Position numbers and translations under genes: made by a program. The notes beneath the pieces were generated by a model. The model was not told the origin of the DNA and searched no databases. It worked only from the letters and a program-made list of their open reading frames with translations. DNA of 64,000 nt from Candidatus Moraniibacteriota bacterium (GTDB lineage Bacteria; Patescibacteriota; Minisyncoccia; Moranbacterales; UBA2206). Positions 18,133 through 27,923 of the stretch are shown here, piece after piece (the first letter of the stretch is position 1; each line of letters begins with the position of its first letter). Location: the NCBI GenBank assembly GCA_026396175.1, contig JAPLXG010000006.1:76492-140491 (forward strand), written 5' to 3'.

Positions 18133-21100
18133 CTAAAACAATCTTTCCTTCTCTTTCACCAGAGTTAAATAAAGTGCCGGGACGATAAAAAGTGTGAGAA
18201 ATGATGATAGGATTAGCCCAAAGACAATCGTGCTGCCCAGCGCCCGCCAGGTTTCGTTGGAGAGGGTGATGGGGATGATGCCGAAGATTGTGCAAATCGA
18301 GGTGATGAAGATGGCTTCGATTCTGGATTTGCCGGCGTCGATGACGGATTCGAAAAAAGGGATTTCACTTTTGATGTTGAGATTGATTTTATCAATGAGA
18401 ATGATGGCGTTTTTGACTACGATACCAAAGAGCGCGAGGATGCCGATGAGACCGGGGAAGCTCAAGGTGATTTGGAAAATGGCCATGCCGATGAATACTC
18501 CGATGAGCGCAAGGGGAAGAGTGACAAGCACGATCATTGATTGTTTGAAAGAGTTGAATTGAATGATGAGAGTGGAAAGGATGAGCGCCATGGCGATAAT
18601 CATCGCGCGAATGATAGACGCAACGGATTCGGCGTTTTGTTCGTTTTCACCGCCATAGACAATTGTGTAGCCGTCGGGTAGTTTATAACCACTGGCGACT
18701 TTCTTTTGAAACTCAGTCACAACCGTGTTGGCGCGCGTACTGCCATCGACTCCGGCGGAAAGCAGAACGGCTTTTTTCTGGTCAATGTGGGTGATGGTTC
18801 CCACAGATGGCTTCAGTTCAATTTTAGCCACGTCTTTTAGAAAGACCGGTTGACCCTTGAGGTTGGTGATTTGCAAATTTTGGACAGAAGCAAGGTCAGG
18901 AATTTTGTCTTCCAAAAAACTGGCGTTGACATCAATTTCTTTTGTATCTTTAATGACGGTGCTAATTTTTGTGCCAGAGATGGCCATACGAATAGTTCCT
19001 CCGACGAGAGCGGCGTTCAGGTTGTAGAGTTCCATTTTCGCGCTGTCGAGCATAAAAGTATATTCAGCGGGCGCGGGTTTCAAGGACGTGTCGATATTGA
19101 TTACGCCAGGAATACTTGCAAGTGTTGGACGCAAATCTCCGGCGATTTTGTCGAGCACCTGAAGATCATCTCCAATAATTCTCGCTTCAAAAGCTGATCC
19201 GGATGGTGGTCCGCCACCTTGCGATTCGACTTTGATGGTGACGCCGGCGATTGAACTCATATCGGTGCGGATTTTTTTGGCTAAATCAAATGAAGTGATG
19301 TTTCTATCTTTTTTGTCAACAAGTGTCATTACAATTCCGCCAAGATGAGAAACGCTGGTTGTGATTGTGCCACCTTGATTGCTAGGAGATGCTCCGGGTT
19401 GCCCAACGACAGTGGAAAAATTACTGATTTCAGGATAATGCAAGAGTTTTTCTTCCATTTGCGTGGCGAGCTTGTTTGTTTCATCGAGTTTAAGTCCAAT
19501 CGGCGCTTCGAACGTGAGATAGACATTGTCCGCGTCGGCGGCGGGAAAAAATTCTGTTGGGACAATGCCAACGACTGGCAGGATAATCGCGAAAATGAAA
19601 AGCGCCAACGTGGCGAAAATGACGGTCAAGCGTCTTTTTTTGGTGGAAACGAGTTGGCGCAAATATTTTTCATAGAGCGGAATAATCGCATCAAAATGAA
19701 TGATGCCGTGCATCAGGCGACTGAGAAAATCTTCATCGGCGCAAGCTCCTTGGCAGCGCAATTTTTCTTTGATGGCTTCATCATCTTGCCATTCGCGGTC
19801 CATCAGTTTTTTATTCTCCACTAATTTTTGTTTGCCGGAAACAGCATACCACTTTCCAACCAGATAGAGGATAAAAGTAAAACCGATTCCTATGATGATT
19901 GTGTAGATATTTCTTTGCCAAAAAAGAAACGCGGTGAGGGCGGAAAAAAGTCCGAAGTAAATCCAAAAAGATTTTTTGGTGAGACGAATTCGCTCAAGCA
20001 CGGCGGCCAAGGGGTGATTGATCATAAGTGCGATGAGTAGTGATGCGATGAGAGTCACGGAAACGGTGATCGGAATGGATTTGATAAACGAACCAATAAT
20101 GCCGGTGGCAAAGAGCAGTGGCAAAAACGCCCAAGTCGTGGCGAGGGTGGTTGAAGTGAGAACAACTTTGAAGTCATTGAGCACGAGCAGCACTGCTTCT
20201 TCAGGTGTGAATTTCCCGGTGCGAAGGTATTGTTTGGTGGCACTCACAACTACAATCGCGTCATCGACCAAGAGTCCGAGGGCTAAAATTAAGGAAAAAA
20301 TAGAGAGGAAGTTGAGTGTGATGCCGGTGAGATTCATCACGCCAAAAGTGGCAAAGAAAACCAAGGGAATTGCGAGGCCGGCCACAATCGCTTCTTTCAT
20401 TCCCACGATAAGAAAAAGCACGCCAAAAACCAAAATTAATGTTACGAGAAAGTCGTGTGTGAGTTGGGTGAAATCTTTGCTGATTCTTTTGGAAAAATCA
20501 GTCGTGGTGGCATAGCGCACGCCCGGGGCAAAAGTTTTGAGCATCCGATCAACTGTCGCTTTTGATTGATTGGCAGTGTCGATAATTGATCCGCCGGTTT
20601 TTTTGATGATATCGATATTGACCGAAGACTGTGGCACGGCGCCTTCAATGGAAAAGCGCGAATAGGCGGTGCGCTTGATCGCCCTTTCCTCGACAGTGGC
20701 GACATCTTTGAGATAAATAATAGCATTATTTTCTGCGTGGAAAATGGGAATATTTTTCAGTTTCTCTGCGTCAAAAAAACGATTGTCCACACGCACGGGA
20801 TAATTAAATTCGTTGCCTTCAAAATTTCCTCCCGGGAAAGCGAGATTTGATGACGCAACAGCGGCATTGGCAGTAGTGGCGGAAAGGCCATAGCCAGCGA
20901 GTTTTTGTGGATCATAGGCAACGGAAAATTCTGCTTCATCTCCACCAGAAACTTGCACTTCGCGCACGCCGGGTAATTTTTCTAATTCGTCTTTGATATC
21001 ATCCGCATAGCGGCGCAAAGTGAATCCGTCATAGGGGCCAGTGAGGGAAAGGGAAAGGATTGGGCGGTCGTCGAAAGAAACTTCATTAAGTGCCGGGTCA

Positions 21101-21537
21101 TTGGCGTCCGCCGGCAAGTCTTTGATGGTGGTGAGTTTATCACGCAGACTCCTGATCGCATCATCTTGGTTTTGACTTGTGTCGAATTCAACTGAAACAG
21201 CCGAGAAAGAATTGCTCGAGCTCGAGGTAATTTTCTTGATCCCTTTCACGCCGGCAATGCCGGTCTCGATTTTTTTGGTGACCAATTCTTCCACATCGGT
21301 CGGAGCGGCGCCGGGATAAACCGTGGTGATGATGGCAAAAGGAATTTTAACTTCCGGATTGGATTCGCGTGGCAATTTCAGATAGGAAAAAATTCCCCAG
21401 CCCGTGAGAAGGATAATGAGGAGAACGACGACGCGAAAATTGACCACGAAAAAATTGAGCCAAGTTTTGCGCAACTCCGGTTTGAATTCGAGTTGCTCTA
21501 GGTAGCGATGGTCGGAGGATTTATTTTGTTCGGGCAT
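18133..21537 (-). CDS. RND-family efflux transporter (AcrB/AcrD/AcrF-like)
   Basis: 1134 aa; ALGLLVDDAIVV, GIVVKNAIILID, PGAAPTDVEELVT. Confidence 0.93.
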   Translation of the reverse strand: MPEQNKSSDHRYLEQLEFKPELRKTWLNFFVVNFRVVVLLIILLTGWGIFSYLKLPRESNPEVKIPFAIITTVYPGAAPTDVEELVTKKIETGIAGVKGIKKITSSSSNSFSAVSVEFDTSQNQDDAIRSLRDKLTTIKDLPADANDPALNEVSFDDRPILSLSLTGPYDGFTLRRYADDIKDELEKLPGVREVQVSGGDEAEFSVAYDPQKLAGYGLSATTANAAVASSNLAFPGGNFEGNEFNYPVRVDNRFFDAEKLKNIPIFHAENNAIIYLKDVATVEERAIKRTAYSRFSIEGAVPQSSVNIDIIKKTGGSIIDTANQSKATVDRMLKTFAPGVRYATTTDFSKRISKDFTQLTHDFLVTLILVFGVLFLIVGMKEAIVAGLAIPLVFFATFGVMNLTGITLNFLSIFSLILALGLLVDDAIVVVSATKQYLRTGKFTPEEAVLLVLNDFKVVLTSTTLATTWAFLPLLFATGIIGSFIKSIPITVSVTLIASLLIALMINHPLAAVLERIRLTKKSFWIYFGLFSALTAFLFWQRNIYTIIIGIGFTFILYLVGKWYAVSGKQKLVENKKLMDREWQDDEAIKEKLRCQGACADEDFLSRLMHGIIHFDAIIPLYEKYLRQLVSTKKRRLTVIFATLALFIFAIILPVVGIVPTEFFPAADADNVYLTFEAPIGLKLDETNKLATQMEEKLLHYPEISNFSTVVGQPGASPSNQGGTITTSVSHLGGIVMTLVDKKDRNITSFDLAKKIRTDMSSIAGVTIKVESQGGGPPSGSAFEARIIGDDLQVLDKIAGDLRPTLASIPGVINIDTSLKPAPAEYTFMLDSAKMELYNLNAALVGGTIRMAISGTKISTVIKDTKEIDVNASFLEDKIPDLASVQNLQITNLKGQPVFLKDVAKIELKPSVGTITHIDQKKAVLLSAGVDGSTRANTVVTEFQKKVASGYKLPDGYTIVYGGENEQNAESVASIIRAMIIAMALILSTLIIQFNSFKQSMIVLVTLPLALIGVFIGMAIFQITLSFPGLIGILALFGIVVKNAIILIDKINLNIKSEIPFFESVIDAGKSRIEAIFITSICTIFGIIPITLSNETWRALGSTIVFGLILSSFLTLFIVPALYLTLVKEKERLF

Positions 21538-21543
21538 ATGACG

Positions 21544-21600
21544 TTCTCTACGAATTACCTGCCTACCGGCAGGCAGGCGAATTTATACGATGTACGAATA
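21544..21600. repeat. Solo TACGAA arm nearly identical to the GxxExxY arm, interrupted by the 20-bp element
   Basis: TTCTCTACGAATTA[20 bp]CGAATTTATACGATGTACGAA. Confidence 0.8.
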
Positions 21601-21611
21601 TGTAAATATTT

Positions 21612-21748
21612 GGCAGGAGCGGGTTTGTAGCCCGCTCCTTTTATTTTACATTCTGAATAAACTTATCGAGTCTAAAAATTGTGAGATTAGCTTTGAAGTT
21701 CTAAATATGTAAACTATGCGAAACCCCGCCCAGGCGGGGTTCCTGCCG
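21612..21748. repeat. GCAGGA-type REP doublet
   Basis: GGCAGGAGCGGG-TTTGTAG-CCCGCTCCT ... AACCCCGCC-CA-GGCGGGGTTCCTGCC; relative at 63157-63183. Confidence 0.6.
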
Positions 21749-21762
21749 TAAGGGAAAATTAT

Positions 21763-22833
21763 TTATTTTACCTCCACCGCATCCCCATCTTTTAGTGATT
21801 TATTGCCGGAAATAATAATTTGCGTACTTTCGGGTAAATTTAAATTAATCTCGGCAATTTCACCGGAAATGTTATCGATAGTCACATTAATTTTTTTAGC
21901 TTTGCTATTGTCGACAATAAAAAGATAGCTTTCATTTTGACCAACGGTGATGGAAGCGAGGGGCAGAAGAATGTCGCCAACTTTTTGTGGAGCTTCTGAG
22001 ACTTCCAAAGAAACATCAATAATTGTTCCGCCAAGGAGCGTATTTTTTTCATTCGGCTCGGCTTCAATCAAAAACTTTTTGGTCGCGCTGTCAGCTTGTG
22101 ATGAGATGGCGGTTATTTTTGCGGAAAAAATATTTTCATTATTGTCGATGAGTTTAATTGGCAGGCCAAGAGAAAAATTAGCAAATTGTTCTTGGTCAAC
22201 AAAAAACTGGATTTTTAGTTGTGCGGTTCTGCTGATTATTGCCAGAAGCTGTCCGGCCGAAACACTATCGCCCAAAGAAACATTTTTGGAAACGATTGTG
22301 CCGGAAATGGGCGCAGTGATGAGATGTGAGTCCAATGCTCCGGAAAGAGCGATCTGGGCATTTTCATATTGCCGCTTGGCGATATCACGCGCGGAGCGGT
22401 TGGCGAAGCTGTCAGTTTTTTTGTAGTTACTCTCCGCAAGGACCAGTGATTCTTTGGCGATTCGCAAAGCTTCTTCCAGTCCTTGAATTTGGGTGCTTTG
22501 AAAATCATTTTTTCCCGCGTCAGAATTATTTCCCGTGTCATCGATTTTTACCAAAGTTTGGCCTTGGGCAACACTTTTTCCCAAATCAAAGTTCACGCTC
22601 GTAACTGTTCCGGCCGCTTTAGCGGTGATGCGCGCTTCGTCTTTCCCCATCACGGTGCCTGGAAAAAGCAAAGTTTTTTTGAGCGTGGCACCATCAGCAA
22701 GCGTTTGCACGCCAACTGGAGTCGCCGTTTTTTCCGTGGCCACGGGAGCCGTTCCTTGCGAGTTGGTTTTTTTGTAGCCCCAAAAAGCGATCAAAGCCAG
22801 AATCAGAACGAAAGGAATGAGAATTTTTTTCAT
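21763..22833 (-). CDS. RND efflux periplasmic adaptor / membrane fusion protein
   Basis: N-terminal anchor, lipoyl half-motifs (ITAPISGTIVSKNVSLGDSVSAGQLL), upstream of the RND gene. Confidence 0.9.
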   Translation of the reverse strand: MKKILIPFVLILALIAFWGYKKTNSQGTAPVATEKTATPVGVQTLADGATLKKTLLFPGTVMGKDEARITAKAAGTVTSVNFDLGKSVAQGQTLVKIDDTGNNSDAGKNDFQSTQIQGLEEALRIAKESLVLAESNYKKTDSFANRSARDIAKRQYENAQIALSGALDSHLITAPISGTIVSKNVSLGDSVSAGQLLAIISRTAQLKIQFFVDQEQFANFSLGLPIKLIDNNENIFSAKITAISSQADSATKKFLIEAEPNEKNTLLGGTIIDVSLEVSEAPQKVGDILLPLASITVGQNESYLFIVDNSKAKKINVTIDNISGEIAEINLNLPESTQIIISGNKSLKDGDAVEVK

Positions 22834-22905
22834 ATAAATTAGATTAGTTTAGATTAGGTACTCGACTTTAAATTTTAGGCCGGATTGGGGTTTTTGTCAA
22901 ACAAG

Positions 22906-22940
22906 CAAAAACCGGATTATGCGCATAATCCGGTTTTTTT
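22906..22940. terminator. Terminator (perfect palindrome)
   Basis: AAAAACCGGATTATGCGCATAATCCGGTTTTT. Confidence 0.7.
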
Positions 22941-22961
22941 GATAAGATAAGTTTTTGGTAA

Positions 22962-23312
22962 CTACATTTTTTTGAAAGAGATTTTATAGACCGGCTCGTA
23001 GGTATTATCATATTGATCTTTGATCTCTACGGTTTTCCCTTCCATCAGTGTGGACATCGCGACATCGGTGATTTCCTGATCAAGTTCTTCCGCTTTCTTT
23101 TTAAGTGCTTCCAGCTTGGCATAGCGTTCGCCCATCCGGCTTTGGGTCATTGTTTCGATCTGTTTTTTCTTCTCGCGCAGTTTTTTTAATTCGTCGGTTA
23201 CCTCGACGTAACCGTTGGCATTCATAAGGGCATCAGCATATTCCTTCCTAATTTCCTTTTGCTCTTTTTTTGTGACTTGGAGTGTGTCGAATAGATCCTG
23301 GATGTTTTGCAT
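22962..23312 (-). CDS. Coiled-coil hypothetical protein
   Basis: 116-aa ORF with core-like composition and its own terminator. Confidence 0.75.
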   Translation of the reverse strand: MQNIQDLFDTLQVTKKEQKEIRKEYADALMNANGYVEVTDELKKLREKKKQIETMTQSRMGERYAKLEALKKKAEELDQEITDVAMSTLMEGKTVEIKDQYDNTYEPVYKISFKKM

Positions 23313-23335
23313 TTGGTTTTTTTAAAAATAATTAA

Positions 23336-23378
23336 ATTCGTACGTTCCCGCCAAGGCGGGATTCGCGAAGCGAATAAC
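23336..23378 (+). repeat. ATTCGCGAAGCGAATAAC double-hairpin repeat (1 of 6)
   Basis: Related copies at 31489-31534, 36140-36182, 52269-52314, 54731-54773 and 59970-60035 (minus strand). Confidence 0.8.
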
Positions 23379-23413
23379 CACAAGATTGATTCTAGCATAG
23401 ATTCTAAAAAAAA

Positions 23414-23485
23414 TGTAGAGACGTCAATTTATTGCGTCTCTGGTGGTATTTCTCGATTTAGACGCCTTAACGAGGCGTTTCCATA
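23414..23485. repeat. GTAG-type REP doublet
   Basis: GTAGAGACGTCAAT-TT-ATTGCGTCTCT ... AGACGCCTT-AAC-GAGGCGTTT. Confidence 0.6.
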
Positions 23486-23516
23486 AAACGCCTATATAAA
23501 GCCCAAAATCCAGCGC

Positions 23517-23545
23517 TTGACATATTGCCTAAAAAGTGCTATTGT
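23517..23545 (+). promoter_or_regulatory. Sigma70 promoter
   Basis: TTGACA-17-TATTGT with extended TG. Confidence 0.55.
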
Positions 23546-23602
23546 TACTGGAACAAAAATAACCGAAAATAACAACAAATAAACATCATCTCTGGAGGAT
23601 TT

Positions 23603-23962
23603 ATGAAGAAAAAGGAAGTTCTTAAGAATGCTTTTTTGGGAGTCCTGGTGGTTGCGATTCTGGTACTTGGCTATGCCTGGATGCACTACTGGAAAGTACA
23701 GCTTATTGAGAAACCAGTAGAGGCTAGAAGTGCTAGTATCCTATTGGATAAATTCATCAACGATCTTCAGGGAAGGTTAGACAACAAAAGTAGTCTTCTG
23801 AGCTGTGCGAAGGATCCTACTTGTCTGATCAAGGAAGACAGAAAAACATTTTCGGCCGAGGCAGAAATAGAGAGCCTCTCCAAAGAGGTTAAAGAGCTGG
23901 AGGACAAAATCCAACAGCTCAAAAAGGAAAAAACTGCGTTACTGGCAAAGAAATTGCCCTGA
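23603..23962 (+). CDS. Orphan membrane-anchored coiled-coil protein
   Basis: GGAGG SD, TM helix, C-terminal coiled coil; terminator at ~23989-24019. Confidence 0.65.
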   Translation: MKKKEVLKNAFLGVLVVAILVLGYAWMHYWKVQLIEKPVEARSASILLDKFINDLQGRLDNKSSLLSCAKDPTCLIKEDRKTFSAEAEIESLSKEVKELEDKIQQLKKEKTALLAKKLP

Positions 23963-24069
23963 ACCTAGGGCGTGTAGCGAAAAAATAGAAGGGAGCGCTG
24001 GAATCTCACGCTCCCTTTTACAATGGAATTTTTCCAGTTAGCGAAAATATTTTACAATTTTCAAAAGAG

Positions 24070-24372
24070 ATGCTAGGGTTTTTGAATAAGGTTATTTGGT
24101 ACATTTCATTTCCAAAAACAATTATAAACGAAGGAATGGGGAGGGCAATTATGTTAGAAGCGTTCTGCATTGGAATAATTGGTTTTCTTGGTATAGGTGG
24201 GGGCATTGCCTTCGGCATTATTTTTGATTCTTTCCACGAATTCTCTGTTCGGGAAGTAAATCAGGCCGATGTTGATGCCACAATTAAATCTCTAAGGAAG
24301 AGAGGCGCCAGCACTGACTATCTGGATAATATCCAGAGGGGAGAGATCGAGCGCTTCACGAGGGTGATTTGA
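24070..24372 (+). CDS. Orphan small membrane protein (start may be ~24136 or ~24151)
   Basis: ORF with a TM segment; GGAG/GAGG upstream of the internal ATG; terminator at ~24376-24418. Confidence 0.5.
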   Translation: MLGFLNKVIWYISFPKTIINEGMGRAIMLEAFCIGIIGFLGIGGGIAFGIIFDSFHEFSVREVNQADVDATIKSLRKRGASTDYLDNIQRGEIERFTRVI

Positions 24373-24445
24373 AACAAGGGGAGTATGTCCAGCGAGGCAA
24401 GCTCCCCTCACTTTTTTTCTGGGAGGGTTATGTTAGAATGAGGTT

Positions 24446-25198
24446 ATGCTCAAAAAAACTAAAATTCAAAAAATAGCTGTTGTGCTTTTGGTGCTCGTTT
24501 TGATTGGGGCGCTTTTTTATTTTCGGATTTATGTCACAAGGAAAAAAGAGCAACTCGATCTCACTCGAATTAATAAGCAGGAGGTGGTTCAAGATGATGT
24601 TGTTAATCAAGATGCGGTTACGGATGATGAGGGAAAGGCAGATGATTTGCCGGAAGATAAAAGTGCGGATAATCAGCCGGATAAAATTTCAAAAAATAGT
24701 GTAAACACGGATGCTCTGCCAATTTCAAAAACGACGAAATTATCCATTACGGATCGCTTAGTATTTTGGGGTTTCCAAAAATCCTCTGGGCGAAAGATTG
24801 ACACGATTATTATCCACTCGTCGTATGACGCGGTGGGCAACGACCCTTACTCAGTGAGCGGGGTGATTGAGGAATATCGGTCCTATGGCGTTTCCCCACA
24901 TTATCTCATTGATCGCGCGGGAAAGATTTATCGACTTGTCTTCGATCAAAATATTGCCTATCATGCAGGAGAAAGCAAAATGCCGGATGGGCGCACGGGC
25001 GTGAATAATTTTTCGATTGGGATTGAAGTGCTCACAACGCTAAAGGATGCGCCGACCAATGCGCAGTATTCCGCTTTGAAACTTTTAATTGCGGATCTCA
25101 AGGGAAAGTATAAGATTACTAACATACTCGGTCATGGCCAGATCGCGCCGGGAAGGAAAGGTGATCCTTGGAATTTTGATTGGAGCAAGCTCAAGTAA
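24446..25198 (+). CDS. N-acetylmuramoyl-L-alanine amidase (Amidase_2/AmpD-like), membrane-anchored
   Basis: IIIHS, VSPHYLIDRAG, IAYHAG, NNFSIGIE, GHGQIAPGRKGDP. Confidence 0.9.
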   Translation: MLKKTKIQKIAVVLLVLVLIGALFYFRIYVTRKKEQLDLTRINKQEVVQDDVVNQDAVTDDEGKADDLPEDKSADNQPDKISKNSVNTDALPISKTTKLSITDRLVFWGFQKSSGRKIDTIIIHSSYDAVGNDPYSVSGVIEEYRSYGVSPHYLIDRAGKIYRLVFDQNIAYHAGESKMPDGRTGVNNFSIGIEVLTTLKDAPTNAQYSALKLLIADLKGKYKITNILGHGQIAPGRKGDPWNFDWSKLK

Positions 25199-25319
25199 AT
25201 TTTTAATTTTTAATTTTTCCGCCCGAGGCCGATGAGCCTTGGGCTCAAGCCTAGGGCTGGCAATTTTTAAATAATTTTTTAATGACAAATTTTTTGCAAT
25301 AAGAAGCTTTTTTTAAATT

Positions 25320-25468
25320 CTCTTCTCCCTTCGGGAGAGGATGTCCGAAGGACAGGTGAGGGCAAGGGCAATAGGTTGGGAATAATCTAAACAAATATAG
25401 TTCTTTCTTAATATAACGCCCTTTCCCTCATCCGGCTTTCAGCCACCTTCTCCCGGAGGGCGAAGGGG
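25320..25468. repeat. GGGAGAGG/CCCTCATCC REPIN-like element, copy 3
   Basis: Ends and AT-rich core similar to 6011-6165. Confidence 0.85.
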
Positions 25469-25500
25469 ATATAAATTTTATTTTAAATAATCCTACGTCT

Positions 25501-25782
25501 ATGCAAATCATCATCGAAATCAAAAATAAAATAACTAAGTTGATTCTCAAGAACGGTTCTCAAAAATTGGACGAGCTGATTTTTGCGGTGGGGGAGAATA
25601 TTTCTGAAAAACTGTTGTCTAATTTTGATGCATTGCTCAAAAAAAATAAGTTAACTTTAGAAGATATTGATAACGTCGAGGTGAAAACCGATCTGGGTGA
25701 TACTTTCACGTCCCGCCGAATCGCCGAGGCGATGAAAAATGCTTTCGATTGGACGAGAAAAAATAAAAGTCAAAAAATATAA
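25501..25782 (+). CDS. Minimal TsaB-like (t6A) protein, N-terminal lobe only
   Basis: SEKLL..D.LLKK....LEDID...DTFTSRRI resembles TsaB (HSE.L, GPGSFTGLRI). Confidence 0.55.
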   Translation: MQIIIEIKNKITKLILKNGSQKLDELIFAVGENISEKLLSNFDALLKKNKLTLEDIDNVEVKTDLGDTFTSRRIAEAMKNAFDWTRKNKSQKI

Positions 25783-25850
25783 AGTGACTGTCTAAAAATT
25801 TGTTATATTGAAACGAGAGTGAGCATAATTTGAAAAATCGCTTAAAAAAT

Positions 25851-26648
25851 ATGCTAAAAGAAAATAAAATCGTTGAAGTTACAAAACCAGTCAGGCTCGA
25901 GCTTTTGAAAGACAAGTTTGTTTTACCTCCCGAAATTCAAGTGAAAGTAGACGCTTATTGGGAGGAGCTTGTGGAGAAGAAGCCCTGCTATAGACGAGGG
26001 GAAGCCTTTACTATTTCTGATGTCTGTGAGAAGGATGATGCGGTCGAGGTTAAACTTGCTCTTACGGATTATGCCCATTATGTCTACACAAGAGCCGTAG
26101 GGTTGCCAGCGGAGTTTGCTTTTAATAATATGCACACCTCTTGCGCTATTGAAACAGCGGATGGCGTTTTGATTTTTGGACTTACAGGAGAAAATACGGC
26201 GAGCATAGGAATCGTGCAGTGTGTCGGTGGAGGATTGGATCGTGATGATGTGCGCGGAAATGAAATTGATTTGGAGCATAATATCAAAAAAGAATTGCAG
26301 GAAGAGGTGGGAATTGATGCGAATGACGAAAAAGTCGCGTCAAGTTTAAAGCTTGGCTACCTAAAATATACTTTCAATGAAAAGTTTTCCTCTATTGCGG
26401 CAATATTTTATCTGAAGCTCAAATTGAGTGAAAAAGAATTTCGTGTGCACTACGGAGAATTTGAAAAAGAACTTCGAGAAAAAGGGCAAGTACCCGAACT
26501 TCAGAAAATAGTTTATTTACCAAAAAAAGAAGAAGCTATTTGGGAGTTTCTGCGGAACTCAAAGTCAGATTCTTTAGATATTTATATAGAAGCGCTTTTA
26601 GAGAAACTGATTTCTGAAGATAATAGGGAAAATTCAGGTGGAGTTTAA
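25851..26648 (+). CDS. NUDIX-fold hydrolase-like protein
   Basis: GGGLD...IKKELQEEVGI Nudix-box variant; ATG at 25851. Confidence 0.7.
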   Translation: MLKENKIVEVTKPVRLELLKDKFVLPPEIQVKVDAYWEELVEKKPCYRRGEAFTISDVCEKDDAVEVKLALTDYAHYVYTRAVGLPAEFAFNNMHTSCAIETADGVLIFGLTGENTASIGIVQCVGGGLDRDDVRGNEIDLEHNIKKELQEEVGIDANDEKVASSLKLGYLKYTFNEKFSSIAAIFYLKLKLSEKEFRVHYGEFEKELREKGQVPELQKIVYLPKKEEAIWEFLRNSKSDSLDIYIEALLEKLISEDNRENSGGV

Positions 26649-26753
26649 AATGAAAGTAAATTTAGGTTAGCTTGACATTTTTACTAAAAAAGGTTATTTT
26701 TTCTAGTCACAGTACATTTTATTCAAACTCAAACAACAGGGAGGAAAAAGCGA

Positions 26754-27044
26754 ATGAAAAAAGAGCGTTCCTCCGAGGCAAGGAGGCAACAGTGGCATGG
26801 CGGAGAAGTGGCTTTTCTTGGGGAAAAATGTTGTCGCCTAGAGACATTAGTGTTCGCGCTAGCTGGCGAAAAACTAAAGTTCCTAGATGAGGCATCTGCC
26901 TTGAGAGCAGAAAATTCTGCACTCAAAGCAAAAAATGAAGGTCTCGAAAAAACAATTTCCAATTTGAAGGAAAGGGTTGGGATTCTGGAAAAGGAACTTT
27001 CCTCAGCGGAAGAGGAAATTGATCGGATGCAACAACAGGGTTAA
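26754..27044 (+). CDS. Orphan coiled-coil protein
   Basis: GGGAGG SD and heptad repeats. Confidence 0.6.
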   Translation: MKKERSSEARRQQWHGGEVAFLGEKCCRLETLVFALAGEKLKFLDEASALRAENSALKAKNEGLEKTISNLKERVGILEKELSSAEEEIDRMQQQG

Positions 27045-27091
27045 AAAACGCCAAACAGAGGCGTAAACCTAACAAGAGGAGGACAGAGAAG

Positions 27092-27538
27092 ATGCCGCTA
27101 TATTTGAACGAGAAAGAAAAAAACCTAACTCCAGAGATTGGTGGCTTATTCCAAGAGCTGGAGGCTTACGAGGAAAAGTGGAAGGGGAAGCTCACTGACA
27201 ACGACTGGCTGGCTCTTTATCTGGAAGACAAGGCTAAGATTCTGAAAAGTTTGGTCATTTGGCTTGCCAGAGCAGGTCAAAATTTTTCTAAGAGACTTTC
27301 CGAAGCGGAGGCAGAAAAAGACCTTGCCGTGCACGCACTTTGCGAGTCAGCGACGGATTGTCGTCGCTTGGAGGAGTTGGTTGTCAAGCTTGTCTCCAAA
27401 AATCAGGAGCTTTTTGGCGGAGGAGCGATACGCGGTGGGCAAGCTCGCCTCGAGTGTGCCACTAATCCGGCGGAATTTAAAAGTAAGGAAACCTTTAAAG
27501 AAACGCCGGAAATGCTCAAAAAGCTACGTGGCTTATGA
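27092..27538 (+). CDS. Orphan helical protein
   Basis: GAGGAGG SD; terminator-like hairpin at ~27566-27605. Confidence 0.6.
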   Translation: MPLYLNEKEKNLTPEIGGLFQELEAYEEKWKGKLTDNDWLALYLEDKAKILKSLVIWLARAGQNFSKRLSEAEAEKDLAVHALCESATDCRRLEELVVKLVSKNQELFGGGAIRGGQARLECATNPAEFKSKETFKETPEMLKKLRGL

Positions 27539-27639
27539 GCTTTCCAGCAAGAAGCCCCAATTTTTACCCGGGTTGTCTCAAAAAAGATGACCCGGTTTTG
27601 TTTTTATTGAGCCAAAATTTAGATAATTTCAAATTTTGC

Positions 27640-27669
27640 TTGACACTAATTTGCGAATTAGTGTATAAT
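27640..27669 (+). promoter_or_regulatory. Sigma70 promoter of rpoBC with a palindromic spacer
   Basis: TTGACA-18-TATAAT; ACACTAATT-TGCG-AATTAGTGT spans the spacer. Confidence 0.7.
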
Positions 27670-27923
27670 GCAATTGTAATGAAAAAAAGCACAATTATAC
27701 TTTCTTAAGTTTTTGCGTCCGCTAAAAAAATAGCGGGTGGCTTGCTTTATTTTTGAAGTTGTGTAATACTGATTTTAACACTTGTTTTGCTTGAAAATAA
27801 CTTCTCCGTGAGTCGCGGGGAATTTGAAATTTTGGATAAAAAGAATTAGGTAAACTTAATACTTTAATATAAATCTCATTTAAATTATTATTTCTCGGGT
27901 GAGAAAAGGGAAATAATAAGGCA

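Noticed and set aside
25501-25782. tsaB pseudogene
   Set aside because: The ORF is intact and no remnant of the missing half was seen downstream, so a minimal version seems more likely. This is not proven.
23492-27600. Prophage remnant (amidase plus orphans)
   Set aside because: There is no integrase, structural or packaging gene. The amidase is membrane-anchored and sits next to a TsaB-like gene.
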